From assembly GCA_039194325.1 (NCBI GenBank), contig JBCCWC010000001.1, positions 207,206 through 271,205 on the forward strand: a DNA stretch of 64,000 nt, written 5' to 3'. The notes below the pieces were generated by a model. It saw nothing but the letters and a program-made list of their open reading frames with translations. It did not search any database and had not been told where the DNA came from. A program made the position numbers and the translations under genes. Below are positions 17,470-28,182 of this stretch, piece after piece (position 1 is the first letter of the stretch; the number at the start of each line of letters is the position of its first letter). This DNA comes from Myxococcota bacterium. Its GTDB lineage: Bacteria; Myxococcota_A; Polyangia; Nannocystales; Nannocystaceae.

Positions 17470-19914
17470 CTACTGCGCGATCAGGGCCACCAAGCTCCGC
17501 GGTGCGACCCAGTACGACCCCTCGATCACCGGGCCATTGTCCTCCACGTACCCAAAATCCTCCCCTTGCTCACTCGTATCGATCGCCCGGATCCAGCTGG
17601 TCCCCGGCGGAGGCGCCGGAAGGGCGGCGAGGATCGAGCCCTCCCAGCCGTTGTAGGCGAAGTAGATCGACGCCGACGTGTCGCCCAGCTCATCCCCGTC
17701 GAGCTGCCAGGCGATGAAGTGGTTGCTGTCGCTGTCGAGATACCCGTCGTCGACGAAGTTCCCGTCGTCCTGGAACCACCGCACCTGGGTCAGGCCATCG
17801 CCGTCACCATCACCGAACGCCTCCCACGAGCTCGCGGGTCGTAGCGCGGCGTGGGCAGCCCGAAATGCCCACAGCCGTGTGTTGAACTCCGCGAGCACCT
17901 CGTCGTACTCGGGATCTCCCGGCCAGCGCAGCCAGTTGGCCTCACTATCGAGGTTGTACGGGTTGTTGTTGGCCCGCAGGCTACGGCCGTACTCGTCGCC
18001 GCCGTTGACCATCGGCACGCCGGCCGACACCGCGAGCAGGGCGGTCGCCGTCCGGGTGGCGGTGGCCTGCTGCACCGGGTCGCCCCCATGGTCCCACGCA
18101 AGGTTGTAGGTCGACCCCCCGTCCGAGGGCCCGTAGGGCCAGGGCTGGTCGTTGTCCCGATCGTTGTAGCGAAACAGATCGTGCAGCGTGAACCCGTCGT
18201 GCGCGATGACGAAGTTGACCGACGCCGCCGGAGGGCGACCGGTCGCCTCGTAAATGTCGGGGCTCCCGCTGATCCGGCGAGCGAAAGTCCGCAGCGTGAC
18301 CGTCTCCACCCCCAACCGGTTCAGATCGCGACGCATCGTGTCGCGATACTGGTCGTTCCACTCCGACCACCCCACCGGGAAATTGCCAACTTGATAGGTA
18401 CCGCCCACCGCTCCCCAGGGCTCGGCAATCAGATCCACCCCCTCACCCCCATCGGCATCACGCCCCAGCTCGGTGGCGATCCGCTCGGGCAGCGCAGGGT
18501 CATAGCTATAGCACCCCGCACTACAGCCGTTGGCCATCACCGAGGCCAGGTCGAAGCGATACCCATCGAACCCCAGCTGCTCGTGCCAGTAGCGCAGCGA
18601 CGCGACCACCAGGTCGGCCACCATCGGCTCAGACGTATTGACGTCGGGCCCTACGCCGTTGCTGTTGATGTACTCGTCGGGCTCGTTGCCCAGCACGTAG
18701 AACAGCGCATTGTCGAGACCACGCAACGAGAAGATCGTGGCCGCACCACCAGAGGCACCGCCCTCCGAGGTGTGATTATAGACGGCGTCCAGGTACACCT
18801 TGATCCCCTCGGCATGGAACGCCTCCACCATGGCCCTAAGCTCCCGGGTGGGCCCGCCTGCCGAGCGATCGGCGGCGTAACGCCTGTCCGGAGCAAAATA
18901 CGACAGCGTGGAGTACCCCCAGTAGTTGTCACCGCTAGCATCGGGGCTCAACTCGTTCTGATCGTTGGGCGTCTCGTGCAGGGGCAAGAACTCGATGGCC
19001 GTGACCCCCAGCGCACTTAGCTGCGCCGCTTTACGCCCAGCCCCCGCATAGGTCCCGCGCTCGGCCTCGGGCACGGTGGGATCGGACATGGTCAGCCCCC
19101 GCAGGTGAACCTCGTAGACCACCTCATCGCGAAACGCACGCGTGGGTCCCGGGTCCACCGACGCGCACTCGATGACGACCCCTTTGGGCGCAGAGGGCCC
19201 CGAGTCACGCAGCCGGTTGTCCTCGTCGGTGCGAAACACCGACCAGTCGAGCTGCTCGGGGTTGACCGGATCGTGGCTCTGCTCGAGCGCATAGGGGTCG
19301 AGCAAGAGCTTGTTGGGATTCATGCGGTTGCCCCGATCGTCGACGTCGGCCACTCGACCGAGCTCGCTGCCCGGCGCCCACGCCTCGTCGTACTCCCAGT
19401 TGGGGCCCCACACCCGCAGGCCGTAGTAGAGATCGCCAGATAGCTCCGCCTCGGCGAGCGCCTCGGCCTCGACCCGCAGCTGCCAACGGCCATCGACCTG
19501 CTCCATCGGCAGCCGCAACGCGTCGGCCTGCCCCAAAACCTCGGAGAAGAACGCGACCTCGATCCGGGTGGCCCGCAGCGCTTCGACCCGAACCTCCACA
19601 GCCCCATCGGAGAACCGCCGAGCACCCAGTGCAGGCCCGCACGCCCAGGGATCATCGGTCTCGACCCCACCCGATCCCGTGGTGTTCGCGGAATCCGACC
19701 CACTATCGGCATCCAGACCCGAGGAACCACCGGTCGCCTCACCAGACTCGCCCACCGGAATCGTGGTCGACGACATCGTCTCGCCCGTGGAGCCGGTGGC
19801 GGTGGAATCCGCCGAGCCTCCTCCGCCACAGCCGACCACCATCGACATCACAACCCAGCGCCCCGGGCTCCAGAGCTTCCCGAGTCCCCTGCTGACCTCC
19901 CGCTCGTCCATCAC
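17470..19914 (-). CDS. Isoamylase / glycogen debranching enzyme (GH13), lipoprotein-anchored
   Basis: NPNKLLLDPYA, YEVHLRG, NYWGY, DAVYNHT, GYRFDLA, IAEPW, AHDGFTL, GDEYG..NNNPY; N-terminal lipobox VVGC plus linker. Start uncertain. Confidence 0.92.
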   Translation of the reverse strand: MMDEREVSRGLGKLWSPGRWVVMSMVVGCGGGGSADSTATGSTGETMSSTTIPVGESGEATGGSSGLDADSGSDSANTTGSGGVETDDPWACGPALGARRFSDGAVEVRVEALRATRIEVAFFSEVLGQADALRLPMEQVDGRWQLRVEAEALAEAELSGDLYYGLRVWGPNWEYDEAWAPGSELGRVADVDDRGNRMNPNKLLLDPYALEQSHDPVNPEQLDWSVFRTDEDNRLRDSGPSAPKGVVIECASVDPGPTRAFRDEVVYEVHLRGLTMSDPTVPEAERGTYAGAGRKAAQLSALGVTAIEFLPLHETPNDQNELSPDASGDNYWGYSTLSYFAPDRRYAADRSAGGPTRELRAMVEAFHAEGIKVYLDAVYNHTSEGGASGGAATIFSLRGLDNALFYVLGNEPDEYINSNGVGPDVNTSEPMVADLVVASLRYWHEQLGFDGYRFDLASVMANGCSAGCYSYDPALPERIATELGRDADGGEGVDLIAEPWGAVGGTYQVGNFPVGWSEWNDQYRDTMRRDLNRLGVETVTLRTFARRISGSPDIYEATGRPPAASVNFVIAHDGFTLHDLFRYNDRDNDQPWPYGPSDGGSTYNLAWDHGGDPVQQATATRTATALLAVSAGVPMVNGGDEYGRSLRANNNPYNLDSEANWLRWPGDPEYDEVLAEFNTRLWAFRAAHAALRPASSWEAFGDGDGDGLTQVRWFQDDGNFVDDGYLDSDSNHFIAWQLDGDELGDTSASIYFAYNGWEGSILAALPAPPPGTSWIRAIDTSEQGEDFGYVEDNGPVIEGSYWVAPRSLVALIAQ

Positions 19915-19997
19915 GGGCGAACGTTAGGTCAGCGGATGCGATCCCGTCCAGCGATGACCCACTGCCATCAGAGTCGATCACCACCGACCATTCGTGG

Positions 19998-20162
19998 CAT
20001 TGGCCAAACCGAGGATCGGCGCTCACCCTCACCTCGGCCAATCCGAGGATCGGCCATCACCCGGTCCGGCCGAGTCCAAGATAGCCCCTCACCCTCGGCT
20101 CGGCCGAGCCGAGGGTGGGCCCTCATTCCCACCCTCGGGTTCGGCCGAGCCAAGGGGATGGG
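19998..20162. repeat. Degenerate intergenic repeat cluster (~32-41 bp units, core GGCCRA-NCCGAGG...CACCCTC)
   Basis: About five imperfect copies between co-directional genes. Confidence 0.55.
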
Positions 20163-20225
20163 ACTCCAACGCTGGCACCCTCCAAGTACCCGCGCTGAAC
20201 CCCGATCTCATCGCCCCCGGCAACC

Positions 20226-21722
20226 TCACGCCAAGATCTCGCTCAACACCGCGTTGGGCGTGCCGTTGCGATCATCGCCAAACGAGTCGACCCCCACGTC
20301 GAAGTACTCGTTGAGGATCGTGTAATGAAGATCCCGTATCTGCCGATCATCAGGATACGCGGGCAGCACCACGTTCTGATCGTGCCGGAACGTGCTCCCG
20401 CCCCCGATCAGCACGATCGGCAGCTCGGCCGCGTCGTGGTCGTCGCTGTGCATGCCGCTGCCAAAGAGGATCAGCGTGTTATCCAGCATGGTCCCCTCCC
20501 CCTCGGGGATCGCGTCCAGCATCATCGCCAGCTCGGCGGTCTTCTGGGTCATCCACTGGGTAATGCTGGCATACGCGTTATTAAGCGGGTCGGCGTTGTG
20601 CTGCGCGCCATCATGGTAGTTGAGGCTGCCCTCGGATCCACCAAAATCCTCGATCGTCACGTGACTATAATTGAAGGCACTCCGCGCGTCATCCAGCATA
20701 TAGCTGACCACCCGCGTCAGATCGCACTGAAACGCCATCGCGATCAGCTGATTGATGACGTCGGCGTGCGCCTCCCGCTGATACTCCACTCCATTGATCA
20801 CCACGCCGTTCTGGCTGGCCTCGCCGACCAGCTCTTGGTCCGAATCAGACACATGAAAGGCAAGGCCGTCGTCGATCGGCACACACCCCGGCGTCACGTT
20901 CCCCATGTCCATCTCCCCGGTGAGGATCTCCAGCTCGCGCACCCGGGTCTCGAACTGCTCGACCACGAGGGAGTCCGACCGGCTGAGCCTCTGCTTGAGC
21001 GCCGCACTCTCCACCAAGAACTCATCGAGAATACTCTCCCGAAACCGCGGATCGACGGGATCGGTGCCAGGGTCGCTCGGCTCGGCCCACGGGATCAGCT
21101 CCTCGAAGATCTCGCGCGGGCTGATCACCCGCCGCAGCGGCTCGGTCGGATAGGCGCCGTCGCTGGCCCGCCACGAGATCGACTGGTTGTAGTGCCACGG
21201 CCGCCCGTCAAAGAACCCAGGGAGCGTGCCGAGCCCGACCTGCAACGAGTCGATCGGCGTCTCGAACCCACCCTGCTCGACCAGAACCTGATCGACCGAC
21301 ACGCCGTTGCGCCAGTCGCTGGCGTCCGCATCTACACACGTCAGGTACGAGGCACTACAGCGCGCGTGGCTCGGCTCGACCTGCCGATTGTCCTGCATCG
21401 ACGTGTAGTTCCCCAGGTTGCGAATGTGGGTGACCTTCGACTTGAGGGGCTGGAGCGGCGACAACACCGGCGAGAGCGACCACTGGTCGCCGACCCCGGA
21501 CACATCGAGCCCAGTCCACCAGTGCCGAGACGCGCCGTTAGGAAAGTAGATCGGCAAGAACCGCTTGGCGGGCGCCCCCCCGGTCGCCGCGGAGCCTCGC
21601 GACGGCATGCTAGCCAAAAAGGGCAGCGCCAGGCAGGCCCCCGAGGACGCTCGCAGCACATTGCGCCGCGACATGAGCATGCGGCGGGCGTGTCGACGCT
21701 TGATCTGCTTGTTGCGCTTCAT
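20226..21722 (-). CDS. DUF1552-family protein (Tat-exported)
   Basis: SRRNVLR twin-arginine leader, LALPFL, YFPNG, AFQCDLTRV, EGEGTMLDNT, LPIVLIGG. Confidence 0.88.
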   Translation of the reverse strand: MKRNKQIKRRHARRMLMSRRNVLRASSGACLALPFLASMPSRGSAATGGAPAKRFLPIYFPNGASRHWWTGLDVSGVGDQWSLSPVLSPLQPLKSKVTHIRNLGNYTSMQDNRQVEPSHARCSASYLTCVDADASDWRNGVSVDQVLVEQGGFETPIDSLQVGLGTLPGFFDGRPWHYNQSISWRASDGAYPTEPLRRVISPREIFEELIPWAEPSDPGTDPVDPRFRESILDEFLVESAALKQRLSRSDSLVVEQFETRVRELEILTGEMDMGNVTPGCVPIDDGLAFHVSDSDQELVGEASQNGVVINGVEYQREAHADVINQLIAMAFQCDLTRVVSYMLDDARSAFNYSHVTIEDFGGSEGSLNYHDGAQHNADPLNNAYASITQWMTQKTAELAMMLDAIPEGEGTMLDNTLILFGSGMHSDDHDAAELPIVLIGGGSTFRHDQNVVLPAYPDDRQIRDLHYTILNEYFDVGVDSFGDDRNGTPNAVLSEILA

Positions 21723-21725
21723 GAC

Positions 21726-23438
21726 TCAGTCCTCCTCCGCCTGACTGATCCCTCGACGGAACCGAAAGGCATCGCTGGTGACGACGAGCTTGACCAGGTC
21801 GCGGATCGACCCCACCCCCCAGTCCTCGCTGATCTCTTCGGCAAACTCCCGGTCGTCGCCCTGCGGCGGGCGCCGAAGCGCATAGGACAACACCTTCTCG
21901 CTCGGGCAGCGCATGAAGCCGGGCTCCAGGCTGACCTGCTCCGCGAGCTCGATGAGGCCCTCGATCGGCTGGCCGCGATAGTCCACCGCCGCGTCGATCT
22001 CATAGTCGTTGCGGTAGTGATCCCGCCAAGCGCCGATCGCGTCGTAGTTCTCGAGGCTCAGGCCGATCGGGTCGAGCAGCACGTGACACCCCGCGCACTC
22101 GGGAGACTTCCGGTGCTCCTCCAGGCGCTCGCGGATCGTCGGGAACTCGGTCTCGCCTCCTTCGTCGGACTCGTCGAGCTCGGGCACGTCGGGGGGGATC
22201 GCCAGCGTCGTGCACTGGAGCGACTCGAGCACGATCTTGCCCCGCAGCGTCGGCGCGGTGCGATCGGCCCGCGAGGTGTACGTCAAGAAGCCCGCGAGCC
22301 CCAGGTACCCGACCCGCGAGTCGGGGTAGTTATCGACACGAACGAGCTGCTCACCGCCGGCGGGCGGCTCCATGCCGTAGTGCGCGGCCAGCAAAGGCGT
22401 GACGTAGTTGATGTCGGCGGTCAGGAAGGACGACCAGGGCAGCTCGGCGTCGGTGAACTCCCGCAGGTAGGCCTCGATCTCGGCCCGCATGTCCTGCCCA
22501 AGAGCCGCCGACCACTGCGGATAGACCTCCGTGTCCACGGACAACGCCTTGGAATCGAGCAGCGGCAGGTGGACCCAGTCGTGCAGAAACCCGCGCTGGA
22601 ATCGCTCGGCCCGCGGGTCGTCGAGCATACGGTCGACCTGGGCGAGCAAGACCTCGTCGTCGTGCAGCGCGTCGCTGGCCGCCAGCGACCGCAGCTCGTC
22701 GTCGGGTAGCGAGCTCCATAGAGTGTACGACAGACGATTGGCCAGCTCGAACGCACCCAGCCGGTGGGGCGTGGGGTCGTTGGGATCAGGGTCGAGCTCG
22801 ATATGAAAGACGAAGTTGGGCGAGCTAAGGAACATGCGCACGAGGTGCTCGAGCGCACCGTCATGGGTCGCGCCGAAGCTCCGCGCATCGACGTACCGCC
22901 CCTCGAGCCGCGAGATCTCCTCGGGCGTCAAGGGTCGGCGCCAGGCCGCGAGCCCAAAGGACTCGATCATCTCCACGGCACACGCGGTGTCCGAATCGTC
23001 GACCGGCACACAATCGGTCACGCGACTACGCAGCGCCGGATCGGCGAAGACCTGCTCGGCCACGTCTTGGGCGTGCTCGATGTAGCCCTCGGCCAGATCG
23101 TCCGAGATGTCGCGCAGCAGATCGGCCTCGTTGGCAAACCCCACGCCGGTCCCTCCCCGGATGAAATCGGCGTCGGCAAACGTGCCCCCGAATAGATCCG
23201 CGAGCGTGTTCTCGTACTCGGCTCGGGTCAGCCGGTGCAGCGCGATCCGACCGACGTCGTGCTCGGACGAGGGCCTGTCGTCGATCCCGCCGCCGCTCGA
23301 GTCTTCACCGCCCGAGTCTTCGCCGCCCGAGTCGGCCGCGGCGTGGTCAGCCGTGCCGCCGTAGCAGCCGAGACCAGTCGGCATGCCAATGTACAAGGCG
23401 ACGAGCAACGCTCGTCTCGCGTCTAGAATCGACATCAT
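21726..23438 (-). CDS. DUF1592/DUF1588-type cytochrome c lipoprotein
   Basis: HRLTRAEYENTL, ELANRLSYTLWSSLPD, PTLRG, CAGCH..LDPIG..LENYD; the usual partner of DUF1552. Confidence 0.88.
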   Translation of the reverse strand: MMSILDARRALLVALYIGMPTGLGCYGGTADHAAADSGGEDSGGEDSSGGGIDDRPSSEHDVGRIALHRLTRAEYENTLADLFGGTFADADFIRGGTGVGFANEADLLRDISDDLAEGYIEHAQDVAEQVFADPALRSRVTDCVPVDDSDTACAVEMIESFGLAAWRRPLTPEEISRLEGRYVDARSFGATHDGALEHLVRMFLSSPNFVFHIELDPDPNDPTPHRLGAFELANRLSYTLWSSLPDDELRSLAASDALHDDEVLLAQVDRMLDDPRAERFQRGFLHDWVHLPLLDSKALSVDTEVYPQWSAALGQDMRAEIEAYLREFTDAELPWSSFLTADINYVTPLLAAHYGMEPPAGGEQLVRVDNYPDSRVGYLGLAGFLTYTSRADRTAPTLRGKIVLESLQCTTLAIPPDVPELDESDEGGETEFPTIRERLEEHRKSPECAGCHVLLDPIGLSLENYDAIGAWRDHYRNDYEIDAAVDYRGQPIEGLIELAEQVSLEPGFMRCPSEKVLSYALRRPPQGDDREFAEEISEDWGVGSIRDLVKLVVTSDAFRFRRGISQAEED

Positions 23439-23745
23439 GTCCGCTCCCGTCCGTCCGCTTGTGGACATCGCACCGCAGTGGATCGTCCGCTCAAGGGAGT
23501 CACTGCACGCGCCGTGCCTACTTGGCCGGCCACGCCCGCTCTTGTTCCCCCGGCGTCCGAGAACGGCTCAGGGTTTCGCCGATCTAATTTCTCGGGCCGG
23601 GTGACGTGCCTGCCCACCATGACGGCAAAACGCCGCCGCACCTGGGGACGCTCAGCCTCACCGCTCGGAATTAGACCTTGTTGGGGTCAGCTAACCCCAA
23701 CAGCCCCAATGATTAGGGCCCTTGGGGTCAACTGGCCCCAACGAT

Positions 23746-23979
23746 GCCCAATCTTTAGGCTCCGCCGACGTCACCGACCCCCCCAACGCCCAATCTTTAG
23801 GCTCCGCAGACGTCACCGACCCCCCCGACGCCCAATCTTTAGGCTTTGCAGACGTCACCGACCCCTCCGACGCCCAATCTTTAGGCTCCGCCGAGGTCAC
23901 CGACCCCCCCGACGCCCAATCTTTGGGCTCCGCAGACGTCACCGACCCCCCCAACGCCCAAGCTTTAGGCTCTGCCGAG
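23746..23979. repeat. 42-bp tandem repeat, ~5.5 copies
   Basis: Unit GCCCAATCTTTAGGCTCCGCMGACGTCACCGACCCCCCCRAC starts at 23746, 23788, 23830, 23872, 23914 and 23956. Confidence 0.95.
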
Positions 23980-24021
23980 CCGCACCCCTCGATGCCACCC
24001 CGAAACGCCGCAGACTCCGAC

Positions 24022-24426
24022 CTACTGCACCGTCTTACCGTGGACCCGGATCTTGACCGGGATCACCTGCACGGTGACCTTCACGTCCTCATCGGCATAG
24101 ACGACGACCCGCGAGCGAGGCCGGGCTTCCATGGCGCGGTCGACGACCTTGGAGCCGTGCAGCGCGTAGTGCACGCCAAGGTGGCTCCGGTCGGTGAGCG
24201 CCAGGTCGAGCTCGTGTCCCCCGAGATCGAACTGCGCCTGCTCCCCCCATGCAGTGGCCTTGGTCTCCCGAAAGACCTGGCCGTCGTCCTGCTGGATCGT
24301 GACCCGAACCACGGCCATCTCCTGCTCGACTCCGCGCGGGGTGTTGGCGTGAACCTGCCGAGGTGCGGCAAGTCCGCAGATCAGCATGGCCATCAACCCC
24401 AAGAGCACGCGTCGCATCGATTCCAT
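24022..24426 (-). CDS. Small secreted hypothetical protein
   Basis: Signal peptide MRRVLLGLMAMLICGLAA..VHA, then a beta-rich domain. Confidence 0.7.
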   Translation of the reverse strand: MESMRRVLLGLMAMLICGLAAPRQVHANTPRGVEQEMAVVRVTIQQDDGQVFRETKATAWGEQAQFDLGGHELDLALTDRSHLGVHYALHGSKVVDRAMEARPRSRVVVYADEDVKVTVQVIPVKIRVHGKTVQ

Positions 24427-24692
24427 CAGTCCGGGCCTTCGTCCTACAATGTACGACACCGCAGGGACTTTGGATTCCGGACCGTTGAACCTTTTTGGTT
24501 CGACGAGAGGACCCACGGTTGGCCTCCTTGCACCCCAGTTGGCCTCCAAAACGAATTCTGAGCTCTGCGGGCCAAGCAACACCCACCCGCGCGATCCCGC
24601 CCGTTCGCGCAGACCACCCGGATGACCGGCGAGCGCTACGGTGCAGCCGGACACGACGCATGACGCATAGCGACGCCGCACCCGGCCCCAGC

Positions 24693-25436
24693 TCACGGCA
24701 TCTGCGAGCCCATCCAAGTGCCGATACAGCCGAAGTTCGGGCAATTCCACGTGCCGGTCACGTCGCCCATCATGTCGATCTGGCCGTCGAAAGTGCACGC
24801 CCCCCCGAGCATGGCCATGACGTTGGCGGCCACGACCCCCATGTCGTCGACCGTGCCGCTCATGGGGCCGTTGTCGAAGCCGGCGATCGTGCCGCTCAAG
24901 ATCCCGTCCATCGCCACGTCGAACATGAAGGTGCCGTTGACCGCCCCGATCCCGGGGCACATGCCCTCCCAGATGCCGTCGTAGCTGCCTTCGTAGACAT
25001 TGCCCGCCGGTCCGGTCGAGCTCGAGCCTCCGCTGCTGCTGCCGGTGTCGCTGCTGCCCGAGCTGCTGCCGGTGTCCGAGCTGCCCGAGTCCGTCCCCGT
25101 GCTGCCCGTGCTGCCCGTGCCCGTGCTGCCCGAGTCCGCCACCGGATCCGTGTCGCCCGAGTCCGTCCCCGTGCTCGACCCCGGCTCCGCGCCGCTCGAG
25201 CTGCCAAGGCCCGAAGCGGTCGACTCACCCGTATCGTCACCCGTCCCCTCCAGGTCACCCGAGCTGTCGGGCAAGGGAACCGTCCCCCCTCCCATGGTCG
25301 ACGGGTTGGCGGATGTCGCGACCCCCGACGACGAGCTCGACCCCGCGATCGGTGCCAGCCCATCGTCGCTACACCCCGTACCCACGAAGCACGCCGTCAA
25401 GAACGCTAAAGTCGAGAATCCAGTCCACGTGGTCAT
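24693..25436 (-). CDS. Lipoprotein with Ser/Thr/Gly linker and small beta domain
   Basis: GTGC lipobox-like signal and a low-complexity linker. Confidence 0.75.
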   Translation of the reverse strand: MTTWTGFSTLAFLTACFVGTGCSDDGLAPIAGSSSSSGVATSANPSTMGGGTVPLPDSSGDLEGTGDDTGESTASGLGSSSGAEPGSSTGTDSGDTDPVADSGSTGTGSTGSTGTDSGSSDTGSSSGSSDTGSSSGGSSSTGPAGNVYEGSYDGIWEGMCPGIGAVNGTFMFDVAMDGILSGTIAGFDNGPMSGTVDDMGVVAANVMAMLGGACTFDGQIDMMGDVTGTWNCPNFGCIGTWMGSQMP

Positions 25437-25635
25437 ATCGATCAGACTACCAGCCCAAGCGGGCCAACACCCTACACCATGCCCATTGTGGGACGAGCCG
25501 CGTGCACGCGCTCGGATCGATACCCCACCCGAGACACGTCATCCGCCAACCGAGTTGGCCGCCGACACGACACACGCCGCCCCGCCGTCGTCGGTCGGTT
25601 TGGCTCTACGAGTGTTCAGAGGGTGGCAGAGGCTC

Positions 25636-27225
25636 TCACATACGCCGGCGACGTACGGCTCCGAGCACCATCAACACGGTCAGCCCGCCCCACCCACCCG
25701 ATGGTCCCTGCCCCGGAGCACGACAGCCGCACCCCCCGTCGCCATCACCATCACCGCCATCGGCCCCCGCCGAGCCCGCCGAGCCCGCCGAGCCCATGGT
25801 CCCGCCACCTTCACCCGCCGAGCCCTCGCCCGCCGTGTCATCTTGCCCGCCTCCAGTGCCCTGGGTCTCACCGTCGCCCGAACCATCGCCAGAGTCCTCG
25901 CCCCCGGTAGCGCCCCCCCCATCGTCGGGAAAGTCCTTGAACTGCTCGGCGATGGTCCACCCGGGATTGCCCTCGGGATCGAACCGGTAGGCACCCACGT
26001 CGGCCTCCCCGTCGCGGGCGAGGGTGTTGAAGTCGTCGTCGACCACGTGGGCCGGGTCGCCGGCGCCGACCAGCGCGCCCCCCACGGCCGGAAATACGTC
26101 GATCGGAGGCGCCCCCCCGAAGTGACCGTCGACGAAGTCGGCCATCAGATCGCCGTCGACATAGCCGCCCCCTCCGCCGCCCGAGACACCCCCCTGGCCG
26201 ACGTTCCCCGCCAAGGTCAGCATCGAGATATCTCCGCTGCCGATGAAGATCGCGCTGCCGCCCTGCGCATAGACGGCATTGTTGGCGATGGTCACCGCGC
26301 CCACGGCGTTGCGCAGCGAGATCCCGTTGTTGGTGCTCTGCAAGATCGTGTTGTGCACCACCACGAGGTTCTGGGGGTTGCCTGACTGGTGCTGCTGCAT
26401 GGCGATCCCATCCTGGCCCGCCGAGAGGATGATGTTGTTGCGGATCGTCGCGTCGGCCGCCGACTGGATCGCATGATCGCCACAGTTCCACATCACGTTG
26501 CGCTCGATGATGTTGGCCGCCCCGTTATTCACCGCGCTGTAGGTGAGGATGCAGGGATAGTTGGTGTCGTGGATCACGTTGTCGCGGATGATGTTGCCGT
26601 AGCTGCCCTCCTTGAGCTCGATGCCGTCCCCCTGGTCCACCGAGGGCTGATTGGTGTGGTGAACATAGTTGCGCTCGATGATGCTGTTGGCGACCTGGCA
26701 CTCGTTGTCGTTGCAGCCCAGGTACATCCCCTCCCCAGTGTCGTTGGTGTGGTGAATGTGATTGTTCACGATGTGCAACGACTCGTAGAGCACCCCGCCG
26801 TCGTTGGCCCGTAGGGCCACGTCGCCCGTGTCGTGGATCTCGCAATCGGCGATCGTCAGGTGGTCGGCCCGGCTTATCCGAACCCCGGCCGAGCCCCCGG
26901 AGAACTCGATCCCTCGGATCTCCACCCAGGCGGCGCCGTCGATGTCGATGATGTTCTGGTTGGCATTGGGCCGGTGCAGGTGTGGCTGAGCACCGTCGGC
27001 GGCGCGAATGATGATCGGCTGGGCCTCGGTGCCCGCAATATCGATCCCGAAGCGCTCCGTCAGCGTGTAGTCGCCGTCGAGCAGCACGATCTGGTCACCT
27101 GGCTGGGCGGCGTTGATCGCCGCTTCGACGTCCTGCCCCGGCCCGACCTCCACGGTCGCCGCGAAAGCCGGCATCGCCACGAGCCACGCCGATAGACCCC
27201 ATCCACTCCAACCCATGCTCTTCAT
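25636..27225 (-). CDS. Right-handed beta-helix (pectin-lyase-like) protein with MYXO-CTERM sorting signal
   Basis: AINAAQPGD start, repeated IxxNxIH units, C-terminal GGCGC...hydrophobic...RRRR. Confidence 0.88.
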   Translation of the reverse strand: MKSMGWSGWGLSAWLVAMPAFAATVEVGPGQDVEAAINAAQPGDQIVLLDGDYTLTERFGIDIAGTEAQPIIIRAADGAQPHLHRPNANQNIIDIDGAAWVEIRGIEFSGGSAGVRISRADHLTIADCEIHDTGDVALRANDGGVLYESLHIVNNHIHHTNDTGEGMYLGCNDNECQVANSIIERNYVHHTNQPSVDQGDGIELKEGSYGNIIRDNVIHDTNYPCILTYSAVNNGAANIIERNVMWNCGDHAIQSAADATIRNNIILSAGQDGIAMQQHQSGNPQNLVVVHNTILQSTNNGISLRNAVGAVTIANNAVYAQGGSAIFIGSGDISMLTLAGNVGQGGVSGGGGGGYVDGDLMADFVDGHFGGAPPIDVFPAVGGALVGAGDPAHVVDDDFNTLARDGEADVGAYRFDPEGNPGWTIAEQFKDFPDDGGGATGGEDSGDGSGDGETQGTGGGQDDTAGEGSAGEGGGTMGSAGSAGSAGADGGDGDGDGGCGCRAPGQGPSGGWGGLTVLMVLGAVRRRRM

Positions 27226-27339
27226 GCCAACCAGGGTAGCCGGTCGCCCCCTGCCACGGCAGGGTCGGTGACCCCCACCGAAAAGCATGTCGCTTGCCTG
27301 ACCAAACCGCCGCCGAGATCGCTCTGGACTCGAGCGCCG

Positions 27340-27398
27340 CACGACCCTCACACGACCCTCACACGACCACCACACGACCACCACACGACCACCACACG
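27340..27398. repeat. 11-bp tandem repeat (CACGACCMYCA x5)
   Basis: Read directly. Confidence 0.85.
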
Positions 27399-27427
27399 GT
27401 ACAGGCAGAACCGCGCGCGGTATCGCG

Positions 27428-28150
27428 TCATCCCCCCGAGCCAAAGCGCAGCCAGTAGGCCGCCACCCCCAGGGTGACCGAGACATTGAGGGAGTCCTTG
27501 TGGCCGAGCATCGGCAAGTGCAGCACTCGCTCGCACTGATCGACGATCCGCGGGTCGACGCCGGAGACCTCGTGCCCGAGCACCAGCACCAGACCCTGCC
27601 CCTTTTCCCGCAGCTCGGTGCACGCGGTGGCTACCTGGGGATCGAACAGCGAGGTCGAGCGCGGCCCTCCTTCGAGCGCCCACAGCCGGCGACCTCGCGC
27701 CCGCAGATCGGCCGCCGCGGCGCAGGCGTCGGGCGCTCGCGACCAGGGCACGCTTCGCTCCGCGCCCAGCGAGGTCTTGGCCAGCTTGGGGTGCTCGGGC
27801 GTGGGTGTGATGCCGCCTAGGTGCAAGTGCGCGACTCCAGCCCCGTCGGCGGTGCGAAACATCGAGCCCACATTGCGCAAGCTTCGAACGTTGTCGAGGA
27901 GGACCTCGACCCGCAACCCACCGGGCGATCCCGAAACCGATCCACAGACCGATCCGACAGCGAGTCCAGGGGGATGGTCCGATACGGTCCGCACGCCATG
28001 GGTGAGATAGGGCTCGCCGGTCGCCTCGGTGGGTGCCCCGCATGCGGGACAGCGATCGCCCAGAGCGCTTCCCTCCGCGACCGGGAAGCACAGACCACAG
28101 CGAGTCGAGGAGCATCGCAAAGAACGGTAGCGAGTGGTGGCAGACGGCAT
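27428..28150 (-). CDS. TrmH/SpoU family RNA methyltransferase with N-terminal Zn-ribbon
   Basis: LDNVRSLRNVGSMFRT, VLGHEVSGV, LPMLG.KDSLNVS; N-terminal CxxxxC...CPAC. Confidence 0.9.
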   Translation of the reverse strand: MPSATTRYRSLRCSSTRCGLCFPVAEGSALGDRCPACGAPTEATGEPYLTHGVRTVSDHPPGLAVGSVCGSVSGSPGGLRVEVLLDNVRSLRNVGSMFRTADGAGVAHLHLGGITPTPEHPKLAKTSLGAERSVPWSRAPDACAAAADLRARGRRLWALEGGPRSTSLFDPQVATACTELREKGQGLVLVLGHEVSGVDPRIVDQCERVLHLPMLGHKDSLNVSVTLGVAAYWLRFGSGG

Positions 28151-28182
28151 CGCGAGGACGCGACGAATGCTACCCTGACCTC

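Noticed and set aside
20325..22709. Long alternative ORFs (e.g. 20325-22709 +, 53181-56087 -, 25000-26385 +)
   Set aside because: Shadow frames of well-supported genes, as expected in high-GC DNA; no recognisable motifs.
23746..23979. CRISPR array
   Set aside because: Units are contiguous with no unique spacers, and no cas genes are present.
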